Source: Octopus bimaculoides
Taxonomy: Eukaryota
DNA: 63,902 bases
Assembly (NCBI RefSeq): GCF_001194135.2
Contig: NC_068989.1
Span: 18,533,314 to 18,597,215 of the forward strand
Reading direction: 5' to 3'
The notes under the pieces were generated by a model. The model was not told the origin of the DNA and ran no database searches. It worked only from the letters and a program-made list of their open reading frames with translations. The translations under genes and the position numbers were made by a program. This document shows, piece after piece, positions 38,876-51,734 of this stretch (position 1 is the stretch's first letter; each line of letters starts with the position of its first letter).

Positions 38876-41100
38876 TACATATTTTACATAAATAAATGTT
38901 CACATTAACGAAACAGAAGCCACAACAGTGAACCAGCAAGGTAAGGTTCACTATAAAAATGACACATCTCACCTCCCTTGTCTCCAAAGACAGGATTATT
39001 TAAACCACCTCAGAACTTCTATTTTTAAGACAAGGAAATATAGTGTAACAAAGACACACACATGCAAGTTATAAACCAAGTTCATTATGTTAGTGTGCGT
39101 GTGGCTGAATGAGAAACAGAGAGAGAGAAAGAGAGTCATTGAGAAGAGCAGTGACAGACCTTATTGCCTATAGATTATGCAATGAAGTTTTCAAACCACA
39201 AATGAGAATCTCCACCCCTTACAATATGACTAAATTTAAAAGCTGCTTCAGAAAACAGCATATTTAAAAATATGTCAGAATATTATTCTAAAATGAAATT
39301 TTAAAATAGGAGTAAAAAAAAAAAAAGAAAAAACACACACACACAATAGTCTTGATACATATACAAATAATAGCCAGGTGAAATATAGTTGTTAAAATAT
39401 GAGGAATAACTAAGTGATATAATGGTGATGGTCATTATTGTTAAATGAGGAGGAGGGGGTTGTGGCAATAGAATATTTTATAATTAGAAATATGACACAA
39501 TATTTAGGTATTGTGTACTCCATTGGTTTTTTTTTTGTTTTGCATAACTTTGAAACCATCCTCATCCATGTAGTGATGTTAAGGTGCTAAGAGTATTGAA
39601 CCACAAAGTAATGAGTTCAAACCTTGTTGCTACTACACAAACCATAGTGGTGTGCTGCAATGAGCAAGGTACGTAACTCTGCTTAGCCCAGATTGATATA
39701 AAACGGGTTCTACCATTTATGATTTAGGGGTCAAGAGGATGTAAAAATAATTATAATTGATCCCAAAACCAAGGTATGCATAGAAAGAGAGTGGGAGGAA
39801 ATTATCTAAGATACATTTTTTGTATTGTACTCTATACACGATGTAGAGTCAATTTGTGAAAAACTGATGATTCAAGTTCACCACTTTTCAGTTTCACATC
39901 TTGTGATTCCCAACACAACAAACTAATAAGTAACAAAGTGAATAATCGGCTCCAAATGTGTATATACATATGAAAACGGATAGTGGTTGTACAGTAAAAA
40001 CTCCCATGGAATGAAAATTGCAGAATACTTTTTTCCATTCTTATTCCAGCAATATTTCATTAGGTATAAGCCAGCTGAGCCCATCTTCAAACCTAATCCC
40101 ATTCAGTAGTCCATAAAGATCTGGACTGCATCCTTCTTTATTCTGGGAGATGGAAAAAAAAAAAAAAAAAAAAAAACTGCTTCCATAGAATAAAAGTGTC
40201 ATCTAGACATGGCCCTATGGTTGATCTTTAAAAAAAAATTTTTTTTTTAATTTGCAATTGGTAATTTTTAACTGTCCAGATGTGAAAATTGCATGAAGAG
40301 ATCAACACATTGGCTCTCAAGCCTCATGTTTTATATCCAAAGATCCCAATGTATTTTAATTTCAATATGAGCATCACATTTTTGCACTATACATGTGAGG
40401 TAGGGGAACACACAGATAGTGTTTCTTTTTTCTCTCTTTTTACCCATGAGTCACTGGTGGATCTTCAGTACCTTCTGTTTTGCAAATTAAAATTTGACTT
40501 ACTTAGTGTGATATGTGGGGGGAAAAAGAATTATAAAATATAGGAAAACAATGTTCAAGTGTACCATAATCATATTACCTAAGTAATCAGTGTGCCAGCC
40601 CAAAAGGCTCACAGAAAAGAAATAACAAAATGCAACAAAATTTTCATAGCTCATGTGAGAGCCAACAGGTTATTAAAAGAACCACCATATTTCATAAAAC
40701 CATTAAAATAAAAATCTGTAAATCATATGCACCTTGATTGAAATTTCATTTTTCACATCTACATCAAGCTTTGTTAATTAGTATTTTATAAAAGAACCAC
40801 AGTGTAATTGCTTTTTCAAGTGCTCACCATAGAAGTGGTGCAAGCAGCTCTTAATTTCTGGGAGAAAGAGAAGTAATTAAATACAGTTCCAACTGGATCT
40901 GGTCAAGGAAAAATGGAAGAGAATTTCAAAAGGAAGAATGGAAGAGAATTTCGAAAGGCATAATTCACCAAAGAGTCAACTGGCATCTTCAAATAAACTG
41001 GTTGCAACACCAATGTTTGGATCTGGGGCACCTTAACTATCCAGGAGGGCTACATTGATACAGAAAGCCAAAGGGTATCCAGGAGTCATGACCTGGATGT

Positions 41101-41485
41101 GGCTTAGCCCCCTTAAAATGTAAAGAAGGGTCAAAACACTTGCATGGGGTCTCTGAAGACTTTCTGCTGTTTAGTTCACCAGCAAAAATCTATATAGGGC
41201 TTAGCCCCCTTACAATGTAAAGAAGGGTCAAAACACTCGCATGGGGTCTCTGAAGACTTTCTGCTGTTTAGTACACCAGCAAAAATCTAGATAGGGCTTA
41301 GCCCCCTTACAATGTAAAGGGTCAAAACACTTGCATGGGGTCTCTGAAGACTTTCTGCTGTTTAGTTCACCAGCAAAAATCTAGATAGGGCTTAGCCTCC
41401 TTATAATGTAAAGAAGGGTCAAAACACTTGCATGGGGTCTCTGAAGACATTCTGCTGTTTAGTTCACCAGCAAAAATCCAGATAG
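41101..41485. repeat. 97-bp minisatellite, 4 copies
   Basis: Units start at 41101, 41198, 41295, 41389; few substitutions, one 3-bp deletion. Confidence 0.95.
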
Positions 41486-44400
41486 AAAATTGAAAGGGTT
41501 TAACCAAACACTGATACATCAAAAACCATCAGCAAAGTATTTTGTTGACTTTCATTGTTGGCCTACATTTTTATGTTTCTCAATCAATCTGGTTCTTTAA
41601 TGTCTCAAGTTCAACTCAGTGTGAATCATAAACAGGCTAAATTAATCAACTGTAGATAGCTTCTCCAAATAACCAGGGAGTTATTCTCTAGATAAACTGA
41701 AGCTAGTAGCAACCATTAGCTCAAGTCAACCTAAAAACCACGCAGATCTTTGTTTAAAGGGCATCCCATCGTTCTATTTAGTATTTCATAAATATGGCTA
41801 CTTCTAGCAAGTTCCTTTTTTGTCTCAACTGAAGCCATACAATGTTTAACCCCTGGACAGTCCTGATTGAGTAAACTTATGCACAAAGATGTTCTAGCAA
41901 TGAACATCCCATCTTTTTGTATACCAGGGGGCTACACTACTTACTGTGTATTCACTTTTCCAAAATGGTATGGTAGGATTCAAGTGATATTTAACTGCTA
42001 TTTTTAACCAGTTGAGCACCCAAACAAAGGTTCCAACTTTAGTTCAGCTAAGGCCGGATAACTAGGAGTGTCTTAAGAGATACCACTATGTTTTCAACAC
42101 ATTCATCACACAAACTTGGTCCAATTATTTGTTGAATATTTTACCCACTACAAAACATTCACACCTGCAGAGGTAATTAGAGTTATTTGTAATAATATAA
42201 GTGTATGTGCACTTATACAATACACCTCTCCACCATTTCATGTCCATTTTTCTACTCTTGCTTCAATGAAAAAGCTTTGTAAATTTAAATATTTGCACTT
42301 AGCTAAAACAGTCAGATACCTTCTCTATTACTGTTGCTAGTTAATACAAGCCTTGAGTTGTGATACAATGGCTGACAACAAAGAGGAGTTTCTAAACAGT
42401 TATTGCTGGTATAACAGCTAGAACCCCACTACAGGTAGTGTAGTTTTTAAATGAAGACCACACACTGGACTTCCATATTTCAGAGATGGCATGTCCATAA
42501 TAAATACAGTTGGCTATGGTTACAAAGCAGAGCAAATCAGTAATTTATTTCAACACAATGGCTATAGCCAGGATTGAAATCGGGACCATATGAATCAATA
42601 ATAGTTGAACATCTTAACCCCACGACCTTCCTAATCCTTAATGACAGATGAGAGAAAAATAAAATTAGAATTACATTAAAACTCCAACAGCTGGTTTTAA
42701 AATTTTAATCACTGACCCCCCCACCTCCCCTGGCTTCTTTAAAAGCTATTTTTATAATATATGAGGTCAATGATTCTGTAATTTAGACATACATGCATTC
42801 TGATCAAATATATTTTGCAATAAATTGCTCATTATCTAAAAATAAAAACAAGATGGTAGATTGCACAATTATAATTTACAAAACTGAAATTTGACACAAA
42901 AATATTTCTTGAAGATAAACATTTTCACTAAGGTTTATTGGGTTGCTGCCCTTTAGCTGCTGTGACTAAAAAGGCGGTCAAGTACCAAGAAACAAGTATA
43001 TGACACGGCACACCTCAAACTTCGACAAGGTTGATGGCACACTGGCAAAGCAGCCTTACTGCAGTTGGTAGTAGTAAAAGGACTAGCAGTAGAAATGTTT
43101 GATTCAAGTCAAAGTAATACATGTCCCTTTCAGACAGTTATGTGATAACTGTTCATAAAATTTTACTTAAAGTTATTACAGGAAATAGCAAATAGTAGCA
43201 GTACGCATTTGACACAGACCAGAAAAAAAAGGCATCTTTCTACCACACCAAAGTTTAAATCCATCTGAGTCTAATTGTTGTCTTTTGATACAAGGTCAAT
43301 AACATAAGTACCACTAATATTCTATTAAGAATAAACCTTTAAAAAGAAACTGTTGTTAACAAATATTTAATGTAATTATATCTTATGTGATAACTGTTCA
43401 TAAAATCTTACTTTATTCCTTACAATATAACCAATATATTACAAATGTAATCCCACTGCATGTCTATAGATTAAAGTAATCAAGTACTACAAGTGTGTAG
43501 ATTTAGATCTTAGACACTATTTATACATATGGTTAAGACTTGACACAAAAAGTTAGACTGAATACCAGTAAGAAACTAAGTAACTCAATCACATGGCAAA
43601 ATTTAACAACCAAGAAAAGCTTTCTCATTCTTACACAAATGCAAAATTGACAATCCACACCAAAGTACATCTTGCATCAATTGAACAACCTACTTATAAT
43701 TTAAGTGATTGAGTATTTCATAGACATTCGTACCTTCAATGTAATCCTCAAGTAGAATCTGCATGGCACTGTAAATGACAAGATCAGGCTTCTAATTCAT
43801 GAATATCATGCATCCAACAGACAGCCAGCCTCAAGATTTTGACCAACCACAGCCATGCAGTAGGATTGAACCTGGAAACATTGTGATTGCGAAGCAAACT
43901 TCAAAATCAAACCGATATCTATCATCATCATACCCCTCAGGCCGGACATAAATTATGTGCATAAAAATATACATGTCCTGAGTGACAACAGAGTGGAACC
44001 TACAAAAGGCAGAATATGTGACGTATGCATGTTGTGGAACACAAAGTTACAAATTATTTAAACGATATAAAGACCTAAATTGTCAATATATCAATGTAAA
44101 CAATTGCAAATGCAACAAACTCAACCCATTTGATATTTTTTTAGTGATTAGATGAGGAATATAACAGCGCTAGTATGGGGCCGCAATTAGGGAGATTTAG
44201 TTGAAGAACACAGTCTCTATCAACTAACTTAAGCATTTTAGCATTTCATTCTATTACAGAAGTATGTAAAACAGAATTGAGACAAGCAAGGGTTATAAGT
44301 GAAAGGTGCATCTAAATGACTTATGTATTAACTGACTGCTCAAATTTGTTCGTTATGTTAATGAATAGAAAATGAAGATGGAAAGAGAGAGAGATGTACT

Positions 44401-44701
44401 TTGAAGTGTTGCACCAAACTATATCAACATCATGAAGAGACAAGAGTTTATGCTTGAACCAATACTGAAAACAAAAGATATTTGATGATTAACACATGGA
44501 AGATGGCAGCTAGAGTCATTTAACTAAACCCCAGATATTACTTTTCAGTGAGGCATTAAATGGACACACATTTGGCACTGATGGAATTGGAAAGAATTTT
44601 AACTTTCAAGAAGTTGAAGGAAAAAAAAAAAAAATTGTTAAAACCTGCAAAAGAAATGGAGGATGAGGTAGGATGAAGACAGAGAGGAAAACAGTAACAG
44701 A

Positions 44702-44920
44702 CTATGTCACTAACTCTGTCTCCATTCTCATACTATTACTATCGTCATGGAAACCTGGCATGGGTTTCAAAAGTTCATCATTTGACTTCTCGTCGTACAT
44801 TTGATTGGATTCGGTGTCTGTGTTCTGCATAGGTGGAATATTCTCACTGTCTTGATTGTCATCCCAGTCAATCTTGAACCGGGTCACCCTTGGACATGTG
44901 GCCAAAATATTACGTTGTAA
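44702..44920 (-). CDS. ASF1: ASF1 last coding exon
   Basis: Acceptor CTCTTCTAG; LQRNILATCPRVTRFKIDWDD...SNSMRMETELVT*; LQRNIL..PRVTRF.I.W is the conserved end of the ASF1 domain. Confidence 0.96.
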   Translation of the reverse strand, partial: LQRNILATCPRVTRFKIDWDDNQDSENIPPMQNTDTESNQMYDEKSNDELLKPMPGFHDDSNSMRMETELVT

Positions 44921-45440
44921 CTAGAAGAGTAAAAGAGGAAAAACAAAATGGAATAAAAATAACTTTGCTACAGTAAATATATTAAAACTTCAAGATGATA
45001 ATACTACACCATCCTGCTCTACCGAGTTGAAAACAAATGATATAAACCCATAATTAGTGTCAAAAAATACACTTGTACCCTACTGTGTCAAATGACACAT
45101 ACACATGTGACTGGGCTTCTGTCAGTTTCTTTTCAACAAAACCACCCACAAAGCTTTGGTTGACTCAAGACTAATTATAGTACAATGCAATGGGACTGAA
45201 CCCAGGACCATGTAGCTGGAAAGCAAACTTCTTACCACACAACCACGTCTGCACTCCATTGCGTTTAAGTTAGCTTTGCAGCTGCATGGTTTTTGGGTCT
45301 GGTCATACAGCACAGCACTGACCAAGTATTGTAGCTACAGCTTGACCAATGACTTTTGAGTGAAATGCACTACAACAAAAATATGTAGAAGCTTGTCATA
45401 TGCGTTTGTGTAAAGATGGATCCCTTTGTGTCAAAGGTAA

Positions 45441-45592
45441 CAGCTATTTGATTACTAGCGTCTGGTAGCCCAGCCTAAAGAGAAATAAAAATATATACAA
45501 CCATTAAAAACAAACATACATGTGAAATTACCATGCAAGCTTCATCTGTTAGAAATAACAGCTAAATCTCTCTCAAATTATATTGTGTCACT
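45441..45592 (-). pseudogene. Local duplicate of the ASF1 intron2/exon3 junction (pseudo-exon)
   Basis: Aligns by eye with 45961-46110, including CTTTAG|GCTGGG and ~11 codons of exon 3. Confidence 0.85.
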
Positions 45593-45820
45593 AAAACTCT
45601 TAAAGTTAGTGCACCAGCATAGCCACAGTGCAATCACGGAAACCAGTCAATATGTCAACCATGAGAGAAATATCTCGATGAGTGATGAGAGCGGTTGACC
45701 ATCCAATTCACTTAGCCACTCAATTCTCATATCAATACAGAAATAAATTCTTTTGCATCATTTTCAACAGAAAACAAATACGTTGCATTACAAAAAAATA
45801 AATGTACATAATAAACCAAC

Positions 45821-45997
45821 CTTATCATAGACTGGCATGTCTGGAGGTGTTTCTTTCAGCTCAGGATCGCTGTATTCATTATTAACATAGTAACCAACCC
45901 GGATAAATTCCTTACTTTTGTATGAACAGGTCAGCAACACAACAGTTACACCGACTGCATCAGCTATTGGAATTTTACTCGTGTCTGGTGGCCCAGC
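45821..45997 (-). CDS. ASF1: ASF1 exon 3 (absent from the ORF track, 59 codons)
   Basis: Manual translation: acceptor TTCTTTAG, AGPPDTSKIPIADAVGVTVVLLTCSYKSKEFIRVGYYVNNEYSDPELKETPPDMPVYDK, donor GTTGGT; 177 nt, phase 0 at both ends. Confidence 0.97.
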
Positions 45998-46140
45998 CTA
46001 AAGAAAAAGAAAAATATATACAAACATTAGAAACAAGCATACATGTAGTGAAATTACCAAGCTTAATCTGTTAGAAATAGCTAAATCCCTCTCAAATTAT
46101 ATCCTGTCACTTCCTGTAGCTCAGCACCCACCTTTATCAA

Positions 46141-48491
46141 CATCATCAGTGTTTAACGTCCGTTTTCCATGCTAACATGGGTTGGACAGTTCGACCAGGG
46201 CCTGGGAAGCCAGGAGGCTGCACCAGGCTCCAGTCTGATCTGGTAGTGTTTCTACAGCTGGATGCCCTTCCTAACGCCAACCAGCCTGTGAGTGTAGTAG
46301 GTGCTTTTTAGGTGCCACCAGCGCAGAGGCCAGAGGAGGCTGGCAACGGCCACAATTGGTTGATGCTTTTTACGTGCCACTGGCACGGAAGCCAGTCAAG
46401 GCAGCGCTGGCATCGGCCACGTTCAGATGGTGCTTTTTAGGTGCCACCAGCACAGGTATCACAACTACAATTTCCATTTGATTTTNNNNNNNNNNAGGTG
46501 CCACCAGCACAGGTATCACAACTACAATTTCCATTTGATTTTCATTTTGATGTTTATGTACTTGACTCAGTAGGTCTCCTCAAGCACAGCAGGTCGCCCT
46601 ACAATCCAAGGTACGTTTGAATGGGCTGTGGCTGGTTATGCGAAACTGGTGTAGGATACAGCCATGAACTCACTTTATTTGCCAGGTCTTTGCAGTCACA
46701 GCATATCTCCAGAGGTCTCAGTCTTTCATCATTGCCTCTGTGAGGCCCAACGTTCGAAGGTTATGCTTGACCACCTCATCCCATGTCTTCTTGGGTCTAC
46801 CTCTACTCCGGNNNNNNNNNNNNNNNNNNNNNNNNNNNNNNNNNNNNNNNNNNNNNNNNNNNNNNNNNNNNNNNNNNNNNNNNNNNNNNNNNNNNNNNNN
46901 NNNNNNNNNNNNNNNNNNNNNNNNNNNNNNNNNNNNNNNNNNNNNNNNNNNNNNNNNNNNNNNNNNNNNNNNNGTGCACACTGACATTACACATCCAGCG
47001 GATCATGCTAGCTTCATTTCTTTCAAGCCTACGCATGTCCTCCGCAGTCACGGCCCATGTTTCACTGCTGTGAAGCATGGCAGTTCGCACACATGCATCC
47101 TACAATCTACCTTTCACTCTGAGCGAGAGGCCCTTTGTCACCAGTAGGGGTAGAAGCTTTCTAAACTTTGCCCAGGCTATTCTTATTCTAGTGGTAACAC
47201 TCTCTGAGCATCCACACCCACTACTAACTTGGTCACCTAGGTAGCGGAAGCTATCAACTACTTCTAGTTTCTTCCCCTGGAGTGTGATGGAATCTGTTTT
47301 CTGAGCATCTGTGGTGTTTATTGCCCCTATGCATCTGCCACACGCGAAAGCTATCTTCTCAGTTAATCTTCCTTTGATGTTGCTGCACCTCTTGTGTGTC
47401 CATAGCTTACACTGGGTACATCTTATGGAGTTTCTACCTACACCTTTTCTACAGACTGAGCAGGGCCACCTACCTGAGGGTGTGTGTGATGAGTTCGCCT
47501 TCTTATTTACTAGAACTGTGGTCTTTGCTACATTGACTCTAGGGCTTTTTGATTCTAAACCTTGCTTCCACACCTGAAATTTCTTCTCTAGTTCTGGTAG
47601 TGATTCTGCTATGAGGACCAGGTCATCAGCATAGAGGAGCTCTCAGGGGCAACCCGTCTTGAATTCCTGTTATTGCCTGGAGGACTATGATGAATAAAAG
47701 GGGACTGAAGGCTGAACCTTGGCGGACCCCTACTTCTACCCGGAATTCTTCACTACACTCATTGCCAATCCTAACCTTACTAACAGCCTCTCTGTATAGG
47801 GCCTGTACAGCCCTTATTAACCATTCTTCAATCCCAGTTTCCACATCACCCACCAGATAAGTGATCAAGGGACCCTGTCAAAGGCTTTCTCCAAGTCCAC
47901 AAAAGCTAAGTATAGGAGTTTATCTTTAGTTAGATATTTCTCCTGCAGTTATCGAACCAGGAATATGGCATCAGTGGTGCTTCTAGCCGGCACAAAACCG
48001 AACTGCATCTCATCTAAGCAGACTCTCTCCCGAATGAGATGGTCGATGACCCTCTCCATGACCATCACCTGATCCAGCAGTTTGATACCCCTGTAGTTAT
48101 TTCTATCTAAAGCATCACCTTTACCCATGTAGCAGTTGACTATGGTGCTGCTATGCCAGTCATTGGATATGACTATCATGAACTACCTGGTTTACAATGC
48201 CTGTGACTAGGCCATAGCCCACACCACCGGATGTTTTAAGCATCTCAGCAGTGATTCCTGATGGACTGGGGTCTTTTCCTGGCTTCATACTCTTAACTGC
48301 TTTGTCTACCAGGGTGCTGTCTATTCAGATAGCTGGTCCCTCTACTGGGTCAACATTTGGCAGGTTCTCTTCTTCCCATTCATTCTCCACGTTCAGCAGT
48401 CTTTCATAATGGCTTCTCCAAGCCTCTTTTCCGAATCATTAAAAGCAAGTACACCATCATCCATGCAGACACATTTCTCTCCCGTGACATC
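46141..48491 (-). mobile_element. RTE-clade LINE, 5'-truncated and decayed ORF2 plus 3' UTR
   Basis: RT motifs KGDALDRNNYRGIKLL, QFGF, FVDLEKAFD, GVRQGS, LYADDL (47622-47633), FRYLG, SETW, GRPKKTW; stops/frameshifts; 3' UTR ending in (GAT)n. Confidence 0.93.
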
Positions 48492-50457
48492 NNNNNNNNN
48501 NNNNNNNNNNNNNNNNNNNNNNNNNNNNNNNNNNNNNNNNNNNNNNNNNNNNNNNNNNNNNNNNNNNNNNNNNNNNNNNNNNNNNNNNNNNNNNNNNNNN
48601 NNNNNNNNNNNNNNNNNNNNNNNNNNNNNNNNNNNNNNNNNNNNNNNNNNNNNNNNNNNNNNNNNNNNNNNNNNNNNNNNNNNNNNNNNCATTAGCTCAT
48701 GTTTCTGCTCACTGAAAATAACTTTATTTTAAAATTATTCCCGTCTTCAAAAGTATTAACGAGTGTAAAAAAGTTTGTACTCAGACAGAATGCAATGTAA
48801 TATTATTAGAGATGTATTTGCATAGCAAGTGACCTGATCTGAGATCGTGTGCCGAAACAAAAACAATTGCAGCGTGGAAGGTGTTTATAAGCTATTTAAA
48901 AACACACAAAAACCGTTAGATTCACTTCAACATTTAAATTTAATTTGCCGAAATATTTTCGTCGCTTTTGAAACCGCGACCTGTTGACAAAATTCTGTGC
49001 TGCATCCTCAGTACGCTGCAGATGTAATATTAAATAACATTAAAATACTGTTTCCTAAAAAAATCCTCAAACCCAATGAGTATACTGGGTGAGAGGTCGT
49101 GATACTGAACCACGAGTTCTTACACTATGTAATAAGAGTAAGTTCAAGCTATGAAACCCGCAAACTAATGTTTAAGATACGAGGGGCAAAAAACGCAAAT
49201 GAGAACTGAATTAAAACAAAAAAATATATATACAAGGGAGATAATTATGTAAAACTATATTCTGATTTATCCCCCTTACTTTTCAACGTTTTAGTCATAA
49301 AAACTTTTGTCGCTAACAGTTACAATGGAAATGTATCGCACTTCGTGCGGCGAAAACGCCGACTCCCAAATAATGTTTAAGTGAAGTTAAAAGTTTCTGT
49401 GTGCTTTTGAATAGCTAAAATAAATTTTCCACGCTGTAAATTGTTTCAACACAATCTCGGATCAAATTACTTGCCAGATAAATACATCCTTGGATTTCCA
49501 AAAGGCTAGTGGATACTATTTTCACTCTCGCTATGGTAAAACATCACCAACAAACGGATTTGTTAAACAGTTCAGTTGACGCAGACACAACCTTAAATAA
49601 AAAGACTGTGTTAAACAATATAGTTACTGATATACGATTATCACAACTAGACTATGTCAGCAGTATATTTTAACGACGCCTGAGACAAGACAAAGTTTAT
49701 CTAGAGAAGGCTGATCTCAGGAATTTAAATCTCATGGAGATGACAAAGGACTGGGATATCTGGCGATATGTGGTACTCAAGAAAACCCACCCATGTCAGT
49801 AAAACTGAAGTTCCGAAAGCAAAATGCCTGATACAAAATTGCGCCCCCCTCCCCCGCTTAATTTCCTCATCAAATCTTCCCTCCACCCCTCTTCTCTATC
49901 ACTGATTTCTCCCTCACTTGCCAAATGCTGTTTTCTGCAAATGACGGTAGAGCTACATATTAACATACCTTTTTGTTTTTCTTTTTTTGTTTTTTTTTTT
50001 TTGTTTTGTGATACCAGCTACCATTCTCACTATTGCAAACCATTTCAATAGAGTTCCATCATCATCATCATCGTTTAACGGCCGCTTTCTATGCTAGCAT
50101 GGGTTGGACGATTTGACTGAGGACTGGCGAACCAGATGGCTACACCAGGCTCCAATCTGATTTGGCAGAGATTCTACAGCTGGATGCCCTTCCTAACGCC
50201 AACCACTCCGAGAGTGTAGTGAGTGCTTTTACGTGCCACCGGCACGAGGNNNNNNNNNNNNNNNNNNNNNNNNNNNNNNNNNNNNNNNNNNNNNNNNNNN
50301 NNNNNNNNNNNNNNNNNNNNNNNNNNNNNNNNNNNNNNNNNNNACCTGCACAGGAGCCAGTCCAGCGGCACTGGCAACCACCTCGCTCGAATGCTTTCCA
50401 TCGTTCGTTATTAAACTGTCCCTCTTCACTCACATTGATTATTCCATTCTTCTAAGC

Positions 50458-50734
50458 CAGGGGTTTTCAAACTGTGGTCCGCAAGGACAAGACAGGGGGT
50501 CCGTAGACAGTAAATACTTTTTATGGGTAATTTGATTTTATATATGTTTTTTAATCGAAATCTTTTAATTGACAATAAACCTATTTGTTAAATACTGTTA
50601 AATAAATAAATGTAAAAATATGATATTCTAAGCAAATATTTATGTATAAATTTCATAAGCGTTTATAAGGGGGTCCCTAAGGTAAAGCCTGAAATATAAA
50701 GGGGTCCGCAAGTCAAAAAGTTTGAAAATCCCTG
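50458..50734. mobile_element. hAT (Charlie-like) MITE, 277 bp
   Basis: TIRs CAGGGGTTTTCAAACT / AGTTTGAAAATCCCTG; perfect 8-bp TSD TTCTAAGC at 50450-50457 and 50735-50742. Confidence 0.92.
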
Positions 50735-51569
50735 TTCTAAGCAACCAAATAATCTCTCCTCCCCTGAAGCACTTCCTATTGATTTGCTTATATCACCATA
50801 CATCTCTCACTTTCTCCTCATGCACTACATGTATCTCTCTTCACGCTTTTGCAGCCTACCCACACATCATCTCTTTCCCTCAGTCCCACTGCTCTTCATC
50901 CTCTTATATGCCAACCAGCATCTACTCCCCAACTCTCCTTCACTCCTATATCCCTCCCAATCTAGTCCTCATTTACTGAAGCTGAAAGAAATCTGTCCAT
51001 CCAACAACATATCTACTCTCACTAGACTTGTTCATCAGTCAGTATATTCTCACCCCAACCCCATTTTTTTAACATCCCTCATTGCTACCTCTATCCAGCC
51101 ACCCTTCCTGTTATGCCCAACCAGGGCCCACCCTGACACCCCATTACCATCATCTTTATTTCTCTTCCCAGCCCCACACCAATTACTCCCATCCACTCTG
51201 GTATAACTTGAGCAGCCATGTATCTTTTCTACAGCAAGGAACCTAGTTTGTCCCCTTCCTTCATACACTAACCTTTCATCACTTAATACAAAGCTACCTC
51301 CTTCTGTAGTGTAGCCTCCACTCAGTTAATGGGAATCCTTATCTTGCAACCTACATGGTAGAATCATTAATGTTGGGCTACAGCATTTAACGTCCTTTTT
51401 TCATGCTGGCATGAGTTGGGCAGTTTGACAAGAGCTGGCAAGCCAGAAAGCTGCACCAAGTTCCAGTTGTCCGTTTTGGCATGTTTTCTACAACTGGATG
51501 CCCTTCCCAACACCAACCACTTTAAAGAGTGTACTAGGTGTGTTTTATGTGGTGCCAGCATGGGGGAAT

Positions 51570-51606
<37 letters not shown>

Positions 51607-51734
51607 CTCCAGGTTCGGTGATTATGTGAATAAGGGGTCCAACGTAGGTCATATATCAGCGTGTGAATATAAGGATTTCATAATGAGATAAAAAACCAGG
51701 GCTGTGTATAATATAGAACATTTATAAATAAACG

